Assembly: GCF_000150275.1 (NCBI RefSeq)
Contig: NW_002060954.1
Span: forward strand, 1,426,001-1,490,000
DNA: 64,000 bases
Reading direction: 5' to 3'
Source of the DNA: Trichoplax adhaerens
Taxonomy: Eukaryota > Animalia > Placozoa
Shown: piece by piece, positions 1-11,083 of the stretch
How the letters are laid out: the number at the start of each line of letters is the position of its first letter
Position numbering within the stretch: the first letter of the stretch is position 1
Position numbers and translations under genes: made by a program
Notes under the pieces: generated by a model
What the model was told of the DNA's origin: nothing
Databases searched by the model: none
What the model saw: the letters and a program-made list of their open reading frames with translations, nothing else

Positions 1-260
1 TTTGGCTGACGGGGGGGAAACTTTCTTAACCAAAGTGAATTAACTTCCCCGACCACCCCAACCCCACCTGGGTGGTTGGCAATGGTACAGTATACCTATG
101 TATGTACTGTAGGACCATATTGACCAGGGATGAATCAACTGCGGCAAGCTGATCGTTTCGATGGCATTCTCTAGCAGACGTTGACAATTTTTGCTGCAAA
201 ACCCTACTGTCATCGTGTAAAATGATACAATGAGCACGATAGAGGAGTAAAGCTCACCGC

Positions 261-380
261 TATGAAAATGCTATGATCATCATTACTGTTGGTGCCTTGC
301 TATGAAAATGCTATGATCATCATTATTGTTGGTGCCTTGATCAAGGCACCAACAGTAATGATGATCATAGCATTTTCATA
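261..380. repeat. 40-bp unit present as two direct copies followed by one inverted copy (80-bp near-perfect palindrome at 301-380)
   Basis: TATGAAAATGCTATGATCATCATTA(C/T)TGTTGGTGCCTTG(C/A) at 261-300 and 301-340; its reverse complement at 341-380; palindrome centre CCTTGA|TCAAGG. Confidence 0.95.
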
Positions 381-1057
381 TACTGCCCAATGCCCGTAAT
401 CGTCCACGATCGCAATCATGCTGTACAATAAGTGTACATACTGTACTCTACTCTACTCTACTGAGCGGACCGATTATGGTGATCAACATCGACTAGCCGC
501 TTGCCTACCACCGGCTACGTTTATATACACCACTCCCTAACTACCGTTCTGGAAAGTGAGTAAAACACAACACGACAAAACTGGTGCATTTTAGAGTGTG
601 CATTGTAAGCAGGACTAGAAAATAGTCTAGCCATTTCTTAAATGTCATGGATTGACTGTCCATACCAATCAGGCCAATACATGGTGATTGGTTGAAACAG
701 TACTAGTAACAGCTGTTGAAAAGCAACTTTAGCGTCAAGTTGAACAATATCATAGACTAAATTTGTATCAGGTTTAGCTTTGGCCAAATGGACAAGTCTA
801 ATTAATGCTATTTCCATAATAATGGCAAGAAGAAGAATCATATTGACAAGATCGAGTAAGTCGAGCAAGCGGGCCCGTCACGTTGGTAACGCTTTCACTT
901 GCATACAATACTACCTATCGACTAAAGTGATCGCCATGCAAATAAGCTTTTGACCTGAAACTCCAGTCGTTGTTGAGGCTGTCTACAGCGCAGAATCCGG
1001 TATTGACGTCTATTGACACGGCGGACGTTGAGCGTCCCTTTTAGCGTCACTTTGACA

Positions 1058-1155
1058 TTCCCGCCATCTGGCCAATGATCATCATGATCGTCATTGACTA
1101 TTAGCCTACTCTAATCATTGACTGACTCAGTTGGCGCGTAGTATCGCTTTTCAAA
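1058..1155 (+). promoter_or_regulatory. Candidate cell-cycle promoter elements upstream of the pocket-protein gene (E2F-like x2, CCAAT, reverse CHR)
   Basis: TTCCCGCC 1058-1065, CCAAT 1072-1076, TTGGCGCG 1131-1138, TTCAAA 1150-1155, all within about 270 bp of ATG 1321; short motifs, so function is inferred. Confidence 0.45.
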
Positions 1156-1320
1156 GTTAAAGGTCTGTTGAAAAAGACAAAAAAAAAAAAATAGAATAAC
1201 AATTCAAGCCCTCCCCAATATTCAAGTATATTGATTAAAGGAATCGTGGCGATTGATTGGATATCGACGATCGAAATTTCCATTGCTGATTCAATCCAGG
1301 ACTTGTTGAATGAAATCATC

Positions 1321-4300
1321 ATGACTTTCCATGGAAAAAATCCACCCGATGATCGACCAATTCGATCGGAATACGATGAGTTATGCCTAAGTTTGAATAT
1401 GGATAAAGATACTGCACAAACTGCATGGCAACGTTATCAAGATATCAAATTAAAATTTACGTTAGAGGTAAAACAATTTTTTATTTTTTTGGAGGGGTGG
1501 GGGGGGGGAAATCATTGGGCCCCATTGTACATTATCTTGATTCATCATCGCCTATTCAATCCTATCACCATGTCCAACTTAACATTGGATACGAGCCTGC
1601 CATGTCGTCGTCGATGGCAATAGAGGACTTGTTAGCGGTCATCATGTCCTTATGAAAACGATCGCCAGGTCGAGTCAACAAGCTAAACGCCACGGTAAAA
1701 ATCAAATGCATGCGACCGATAGTCAATCCAAATGGAGATACATCCTATGCTGGCTTGAAAGCGTTAAAATAGTTGTAAACCTTTCTCCTACCTTTGTCGA
1801 TCTCATGTTTTATCACCATTTTCCTTTGTCTTTATCATCATTTCTACCCAACAATACTCCTATCCTGATGGAGCTAGCGCTTTTTCAACTTGCTCCACTG
1901 TAGTAATCTTTCTTAATTCATTCGAAAATGAATATTCATCCAAGAGACATTGCCAACGAGCATGGAAACAACATCGTTGGCACGATACAGTAGTAGAAAA
2001 TCACTACAAATGATCAATCAGGCTTTACCAGTTTTTTTTTTACTCGCATAACCTATCGTATTGTAGGTTTCCTTCCTTACTATTGTTAAGATAGGATAAA
2101 CGCCATCGTCGTCATGATAGACATCATTCGTTCTGTGCTCTAAATAATGGTAGAATGACGACCATGGCCATAAAATAACATGTAGTGTAGGATAGTACGA
2201 AGAGGCAATGGAGTAGAGTAGAAATTCAGGACTCAGCTAATCAAATCAATTTGATATTATCTCTTTCTGTACTGCAGTAGAACTATTTTCAATACATCTT
2301 GATCATGATATTCTAATCTTCACTCCTTTTGAACATTTGAACTCGCTAGCATAACCTCGACGTCGTAATAGTCTGACTACATTACCTTATACTTTTTTCC
2401 CTATTGTACACTTGAAATACTGTACCAATCTTTTTGACTAGATAATAGATACCGACAACCAAATTATAATTTATACTTAATCATCGCTACAACCACTTCC
2501 AAGATGATGATAATCACGCTGATACCATGTCCTTGTACTTTTCCTATTGTCCATTTTGATTTGACACATGGATAATCATCAATAACAATTTAATGTGCTG
2601 TACAGTACATAGCTTACGCTTCAATCCATGTTTTCGCCAACAACCATCATATATTGCTAACCGATGTACTGTATCTTTCTACACTAAGAGATTCATGCAT
2701 GATTATCCTTTGCCATAAATGTACAGTAGTATTGCCTGTAGAGATCCGTTATCAATCAGACTATGTTCCATTTGTATTTCCAACATCGTATGAGAATTGC
2801 AGTATACGAGCAGTTTGCCTTAGGCGACGATAATTTATTTAACGCAAGCTTTGCCCAACTGACTTGTTTGAATATCCGATCGGAAGAAAAAAGAGAATAG
2901 CATCGATGATGCCATCTCTCTACTTGAAACTTTGTACATACGAATATCGTATATAGACTTGCTAAACTCTGCAATCTCTCTTAATCCATACAGCAGTAAT
3001 GAACGATCAGACATTTTATTTCCTTGGCAATTTTTATATTAAATATTTATTTAGACCATAGTACTGCAATACTAATACATTTTGTATTGCCACGTATATA
3101 CTGTAAGTATACTCTAGAAAATATAGTACGCCATAGAGGTGATCAGACCATATTACATTGATATTTTGAACGTATTAAACTATAGACGAACTATACTATA
3201 TATATTTTAGTAGATACCGATGTCACACGAGTATGAACAGTATTTCGGTAAACTATCTTCATTAATTTCACTTTAACATCTTTCACGGTAGAATTGCAAC
3301 ATAATGAACTCCGTAGTTTAGCCCTAGTACTAGAACTGCTCGTATGTAAATAATTATTGTGAGGTTATATAGCCTAACCAGTTCCTTTGCATTTTTCCGA
3401 TATTATCCACACATCGTTAATACTAGAACTACTCGTATGTAAATAATTACTGTGAGGTTATATAGCCTAACCAGTTCCTTTGCATTTTTCTGATATTATC
3501 CACACATCGTTAATACTAAAACTACTCGTATTTATTAAATAATTATTGTGAGGTTATATAACCTAACCAGTTCCTTTGCATTTTTCTGATATTATCCACA
3601 CATTGGCATGTACCTTTACAGTACAGTATATTAGGTTTATTAACCAATTCATGGGTTTTACATTACTGCCCTTTTAATATGGATTGCGATATAATGATAT
3701 TATCTCTCTACTTAAACATACGTTCATAGGGTACAATAGAATATGCTAGCAAAGAAAATAACAACTCTTACTATGTCTACGTTGATTACTGAGTAGATTG
3801 AGCAAGCATAACATCTTGCATTGAATCACCATTACTGAAGATTTCCGTACGGAAATAGATCGGCAAGAAAAATATTCACTTTAGCGTTAAATGTGTAATA
3901 GTAATGCAGTACGATCAGACTTGAGATTTAAAAGTATGACTGAAAAAGAATCTCAACTACATCAATCATCTATCTGCTAATTTTTTCGTTTTGGATTGAT
4001 AGACCTACAAATTTAATCTACTTTAATAGTAAGCAAATTGACTGTCATGTTACAACCTAGGGCAAATAGACCGACAAATTTAATCTACATTAATAGTAAG
4101 CAATTTTACTGTCATGTTACAACCTAGGGCAATCATCTTCACTGGTTAACCTGCGCGCTATTTGTTGCTGGCAAGCAATCACGATTACCAACTGTAGGAG
4201 AAGGAATCCAAGTGGGTAACTGTATTTCTCTCAGTCGTCTTATTAAAGCAGCTAATCTAAGGTTTGTCAATAAAAAAAATTGAGTTCATTTGCATTTTAC

Positions 4301-7300
4301 TTTTCTTTGCTACAATATGAGTAACGTTAATACAGTATAATTCTTATCATAATTGCCATGTTCTTTTATATTTTAATCCATCATCAGCTTAATTGAATTC
4401 TTCAATAAAATCGATAAATGGATCGATATGGCTTGCTTAGATGAGGATTTTCGGGGTCAAATAAATGTTATTGAAAGAAACTTCGAAGTCGTTAGTGTCA
4501 TCTATAAGAATAAATTTGAACCCATCTTTCAACATTTATTCCAATCTAATGTAAATGACAGCGTGCCACGACGCAAATTAAGGTAATATGTAGTATTTTT
4601 TGCAAATTACTTGTCAACAGATTCAAAAATTAAAATAATGATCAATACGTAGATATTAACACTAATCTGGTCATGCAATCGTATCTTTTACATTTATTAA
4701 TAATCAATCCGCACATCGTAGGAATGTTTTATTGTCAATTAATTGTAGATGGATAATCCAGAAATCGTTATTTTGCAATAGCATTATAAGTATTGAGTTA
4801 CAAATACATTAGTTGAAATGAATAGTGAAATATAGGTCCGAAAAATCTGTACTACAGGTTCTCTAATAAATGACATATCATCCCTCTGCTTACTGGATAC
4901 AGTACAGTCTTGGTCTTAGTATAAACTGCGAATTTTAAATTTTAGTATGCTGTAATAGGAGCATAGAAGATTAGCCCTGGATACGGTAGCATCATTATCA
5001 AATGATACACCTTATTTAATCTATTACATGTTTTAACAATTTGTTTGTCTATAATGCCATACGGTTAACTTGTTAGCGCAATGACTACGTTAAAGATATT
5101 GAAGAATCTATAGGACACTTTAATGTTGCTGTATACAAGGGATGGCCTAACAACAATAGTTTGCTCTTCTTATGACTGCATTTGGCAGTAGAAACCTCTA
5201 TAATCATATACTCTTTGAAAGACACATTTAGTATACTGTTCCGTATATTTAAAAGTATAAAAAAGAGGCAATGTTGACGAAACTTTATATTGCCTTTGAC
5301 CAGAATATCCTTACAATCATTCCGTTCTATTCCTTAATGACATTAAGAGTTTCGAATAATCCTATTCAGCATAGAAACATCAGAGGGTAGTCATTATTAT
5401 TTAATAGAAATGATTACCAACAAACAAAATATTACAGTATACACGTGTTATCGATGCATTATTAAATTAATAGAAATAAATTGACTAATGATATTGAATA
5501 CAAATAAGTAATTATTTTATAGCTATGTAGCTACTACAGTAACCTATGTGTATATTTTTATAGCAGTTATTATACAACTACAGAACTGTAAACTATGCTA
5601 CAAATTTTATGCTGTGCACTAAATAAAAATTGTAAAACTTAATCTCAACGCTATTACATAATCACACGTTATACAACATTATTATTCACTGAATTGTGGT
5701 GCGTTAAGTGTATTATGTCTACATGGAGTTCTGTCTTATGCCAAATCTAGACTATCATGTTTATCATCGATAAAAATGACTTATATGTTCTCTAATGTCT
5801 GGCTTATAGACACTCAAAAATATGTACTTATCAACAAGTTTTTAGCTACTGCTGGAGCTTATATCTCTTGATTAAAGGTACAAGCATTTATTGAATTTTA
5901 CTAGAGTTTGATTTTTAGTTATTTTGTTTGTGTATGTTATTATTTATCTTTTATAATCTTTATAGGAAAATATCCTGACATCAGGACTGATCTGGTTAAT
6001 TCGTATCATCTCCTACTATGCTGTATTGATCTTATTTATGCTAATATCGTTGTTGCAAACAGAAGGGACCTCTTAAATCCTCAATTAGAATCGGGTCCGG
6101 AGCTTTAATATTGCTAAATTATCTTATGTCTTTATGATGTACTATAACAATAACAATGAACTTTTCTAAATTACTATTGATTCATTCAGACGCTTTAGTA
6201 GAAAGCGAAAGCAATTCCAGTCCAGTATCAGTTATCGAATATTTATGCAAACGTTATGAAGGTATCTATAACAACCATATTTATAAATTAGATAAAACTT
6301 CAAGATTACTAATAAATCTTAATATATAACATCTACTCTGCTATTCAACAGGTATATCTATAGAAGTTAAAGCAATCAAGCAACATCTTCTCTGGCTTTA
6401 TCTAGAAAATTTATTTGATAAAAATGTAATACCTTCTTTTTTGTGAAAGAGCAAAAATTACGTAGTTTAAATAATTGATCCGATATCAACTTGTTAATTT
6501 AATTTCTAATTGAAGCGATGCTTGATTTTGACGCCAGTACTAGAATTATAGAAAATATTGTAATATTCTATATTTAATGAACCAAGAATCTTTGCTAAAA
6601 ATGGTTATCCTAATATTTTTCAATTTAATTATATTAGCATCTTAGAGGCAATAAGAAAACATTTTGCGGTCTGCTCGATCAAGGCAATTTCGATTATAAT
6701 AAGTAAGTAATTCCTTATGAAAAATCTAATAGCTATCAAATTGTAACTAACTTAATGTTTAATATTTGTAATCAATAGCAAATTTGTATCAAATTCCTAT
6801 GATGAATTTGTCTTATCCAGTGGTGACTTTGATGAGAGGATCTTTCTTGGGAGTAATGCTTACCTAGATATTGGTACGCCAGCGAAACTGCCGAAGGCGG
6901 CTCATACTACAGCAGAAGCAAGGCAAAATGTTACTAGAAATTTACAGGATCGATTTCAAAATAGTACAATGATTCCACAAACACCGTTAACTGGCCGTAA
7001 CTTCCTTAATCAAAAAGAAGAACGGTAGGCATAACTTACTCTCTGAAGAAATTACTTCCGTATCATGTACGTACAAAATTCTAACAAATTGTGCTACTTA
7101 TTCAAAAATGATTAGAACTCCTGTTTCCTCGGCAACACTTTCTGTTGGTCGTTTACAAGCTCTATTAGCTAAGTGGACTGTTTCACCTTCTAATAAGTTG
7201 TTGGCTATATTTGGGTAAGAATCACACTGGTACTAATATACGATATAAAGTGAAGAGCTTTAACTTCAAGCATCAATTTTAACTAAATCATAATCGATAT

Positions 7301-10300
7301 CAACATTTCTTAATCGTATAGGGACTGTTCGAACGATCTTCTGGATATCATTCAATCTCGCATTAATGAATTAAAGGAAACTTTTTATGACAGTTATACA
7401 AAGGTAGCACCAGAATTGTTCATTGCCGAGATAATTTATCCTTTATCCCAGTTTGTACAAGATCCCATACTCAAACATGTAATGTTATTAACATTCATAG
7501 ATTGATGATGAAAGATCAAAATCACCGATCGATTTTGCCGAAAATAGGTGGAATCTCGGGATAAAGCTATATTATAAGGTGATTTGAAGGTTTATTAAAA
7601 CTTATCGACATCATACGTATATGAGTAAATTAAAATGGCCATTTATAAATTGTATTTATTTTTCATCTCCTCCATGCTATTACATTGCATTGTCAGATTT
7701 TGATAGCTAATGTAAAATAAGCTCTAAAGAAATTAACTGTAACTTAATTCTCCCTAAGTGGTAGTGTTTCGTTATTTTTATACTTCTTTGCAATAATTTG
7801 TCATATTCCATAACTTATTAATGAATGAGTGTGCCCGTTTCTAAATACAATGTATAAAGCGCTTTTGCTATCAAAAACTGATGTAAGCTCATACAATTAT
7901 ACGTTGCATGTCCGCTACAATTATCAACCTGAATAAGGTGACTTGTTGCTAGTCTTATGACTACTTCTATTCCTAATATTGCCTTTTCTCAAATAGACTC
8001 TTGAAAGTATTATCTTGGCCGAAAAAAGGCGTAACAAAACTTCTGGAGAACTGAAAGTAATACATTTATTTACTTATTTATTTAAATCAATCCTTCGAAT
8101 AATGAATATTGGTTACTGATCCGAATTTAAACTGCCAATCGATGAGTCTGATCCAATTGGCCTTATACTCATTTATTGATTTATTCTAATAGATCTTACT
8201 TGAAAAAGATGTTTTTCATCGATCTTTATTGGCGTGTTGTTTGGAAATCACAATTTTCTCATATGGATCACAAAAGACCTTTCCATGGATCGTTCAAGTT
8301 TTCGGTCTTTCACATTATTACTTTTATAAGGTAGATAAATATTAAATGAATTATAATAAAGCAATAAACGTGAAACTGGTGAACATTATGAATGACATCT
8401 ATATTTGTTATAAAAGGTAATCGAAATTGTTATACGAACAGAACATGGATTGCCTCGTGAAGTCGTTAAACATTTAAATTACGTACGTTTATCCATTTCT
8501 TACAGTAAATGACATTATCATGATTTAAGCATTATTCAACAAAATAAATGAATTATTTATATAGATTGAAGAGAGTATTTTAGACCACTTAGCCTGGGTA
8601 TCAGGTTCTCCATTATTTACAGCATCCGATAATGGTTTAATTGCTATTCCATCTTATGAAGAGGTCTGTATCACGAATTTTCTTCGTTGCTATATGTTAT
8701 ATTTAAATATAGTACTGGTCATTATACCTGATAAAAAATTCACTTACTAAATTACTTATTAATTTTTCATTGAATAGGTTTGTATTCCTTCTAATGAAGA
8801 AGGACATTCCAACAAACCAGCAATAACAAATATTGTACATCCACAAATGCGTAGATTAAATCCTGCTTTAGCTGGTAAAGTATAGTGTAAATAACTGATA
8901 ACAGATGTACGCGGTATTTGTTTTAATTTGTCATGTAATGTATTAGGGCCAATAGAGTCGAAAGGATTCCCTGTTGCGGAAAGATACAGTTCCCCTATGA
9001 AAAAGAGCATAGAAGCAAGAAGTATTACCGATGCTAAGGACACTTCGAAGCCAAAACGAACGGGTTCTTTGGGATTATTTTTTAGAAAGGTAGATTGCCA
9101 TTATGTAAATAATATTACCAGATAACTTTCTTTAGTAAAATAAAATATTAACATTTTACATGCAAACTTTCTCGATATTAGTTTTATTACTTAGCGAGTG
9201 TAAGACTGAAAGATCTATGTCGTTCGTTACACCTAGGCGAAGATTTAACATCCAAGTTAGTGACTTTCCTAAACAAAAATGATAGTACTACTACGCTAAC
9301 CATTATATTCTTGTAAATGTCACACTTTCAGAATCTGGACATGTTTTGAATATTCAGTTATGCACTGTCACGAATTAATAATTGATCGACATCTAGATCA
9401 GTTGCTAATGTGTGCCATCTATGTCATTTGCAAGGTATTAGAACTATATGATATAATTTCGGTCCCTAATGTTAAACCCTGATTTTCATTTTTCCTGTAA
9501 TGTTTATTCTGTTTCATCCTGAAAGGTTTCAAGGAAAAATACAAAATTCTTGGAAATCAAAGATTGCTACAATCGTCAACCACAAGCTAAAAAACATGTA
9601 AGGAAACCTTTCATTATCATGTCAACACAAATTCAGCCGCTCATCTTCGACATAATTACATTTTATCTCTTTAATTTATTGCTTAGCTTTATCGCAATGT
9701 ATTAGTGAGAAAACGTAAAGGGAAAAGTGATAACAAATCGGTTGAGAGTAGTAGAAATTCAAGTCCTGTTAGCCCACCAATTATTATATCTGGGTCAACG
9801 ACCATTTACCAAGAGCAGAACGAAACTGCTATGCGAAGTTCCAGTACACTATCGCAAACGCCAACCCCATCTTGTTCTGATGTTGACGTTGAAAATGGCG
9901 AATTAGAAGACGTTCGTGGAGACTTAGTTCAATTCTATAACGAGGTGTATCTTGATGCAATGAAAGAATTTGTGCTACGATTTTTACCGGAGAACGGAAA
10001 TGTAAGATGATATCATCATTTCTATAGTATCCCTTGCTTAAAGGCATTAAATCTGTTCTTACCAGTTATCTCTACATCACAAACTAGTGTCTTCCAAGTT
10101 TATCACCTTTGCCAGCAAGTAGAAGCCCGATAACATCACCGAGAAAGGTCACCCAGATCAATTTTGGTGCTATGAGTAGATTAATATCTAAATTATCGAG
10201 AATTAAAATGTTTTATTGCATTACATTTTAGTCACAAGTATCAGGGCGACATTCAGTCTTTGTATCTATATTTGGATGTGGTAAGTAAATTTTACTGTTG

Positions 10301-10736
10301 TCAATGGAAGTCGGTAAAGCAAATAGGGTATTATTCGTATAATTTGATTAAAATCCTTTTGACTATGTCAGATTCACCACCACTATCACCGAAACCGAAA
10401 ATGTTATACTCATTCCAAGAAAGCCCAGATACGGTAATTACAGTAGCAGAAGCTGATGCTATTTTATGGATATTTCAACTAACTGAACAGACATAATCAA
10501 CTATTCATTTTCCACTATAGATATTAAAAGATATCAACGATGCCGTTAAACAGTCAGAAAGAACTGGCGATAAATCAAAAGCCTTTACTGCACGTGGAAG
10601 AGCAAAGCGTGCAATTTTACAAAATGACGAACCGGATATCTTACCCAAACGAAGTCGACAAAGTGAAGTTTTAACTAAACGTTTATCTAATTTAACGTCG
10701 GATAAGGAAAAAGTTAAACGATCACAAGGAGAATAA
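1321..10736 (+). CDS. RBL1: Retinoblastoma-like pocket protein, p107/p130 type (multi-exon)
   Basis: Exon 1 1321-1467 MTFHGK...YDELCLSLNMDKDTAQTAWQRY...FTLE; exon 2 from 4128 GNHLHWLTCALFVAGKQS; later exons DLVNSYHLLLCCIDL, YDEFVLSSGDFDERIFLG, TPLTGR, pocket A FHRSLLACCLEI, KPKRTGSLGLFFRK, pocket B DRHLDQLLMCAIYVICK, RGDLVQFYN; last exon 10521-10736 ILKDINDAVK...TAA. RBL1 versus RBL2 cannot be resolved (probably a co-orthologue). Confidence 0.93.
3328..3603. repeat. Tandem repeat, 93-bp unit x about 3, in RBL intron 1
   Basis: Copies start at 3328, 3421 and 3514 (TACTAGAACT(G/A)CTCGTATGTAAATAATTA...TATTATCCACACAT) with few differences. Confidence 0.95.
3999..4132. repeat. Tandem duplication, 67 bp x2, spanning the RBL exon 2 splice acceptor
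   Basis: ATAGACC(T/G)ACAAATTTAATCTAC...CATGTTACAACCTAGGGCAA at 3999-4065 and 4066-4132. Confidence 0.93.
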
Positions 10737-11083
10737 ATATTAATGTAACATGAATCACATACGATGAATTAAGTGATTATCAATTTAATCTATCGTCGCA
10801 TATGTATCATTTATTACAATTCAGTTTTAGTAATTTGTCATGATATGTAGACAGTACTGATTGACTTACAGTAACATGTATATTACTTCAACTATTACAG
10901 TTTCATAGTGAAAAATAAAATTTTGTATTACTATTGTAAAAACAGTGTAATTATTTAATATTAATTACTACTGCTCTTACTAAAACAATCGAAATTTTTT
11001 ACATACTGTATTATTACTTAATTATACCTTCATCATTGAGCATATGTACAAATAATATTATGAAGATTGTAATAAACTCTATA

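Noticed and set aside
1231-1320. TTG-initiated N-terminal extension of RBL in the ORF track, and similar extensions for NOP9 (27710) and MRPL16 (25521)
   Set aside because: Alternative starts come from a prokaryote-style ORF caller; ATG starts or splice acceptors explain the genes.
3328-3603. 93-bp repeats considered as a CRISPR-like array
   Set aside because: The copies are contiguous with no unique spacers, no cas genes are present, and the context is a eukaryotic intron.
6095-6189. RBL intron with weak donor GTCCGG considered as a possible U12 intron
   Set aside because: It lacks the U12 5' consensus (RTATCCTT), so it is treated as an ordinary weak GT-AG intron.
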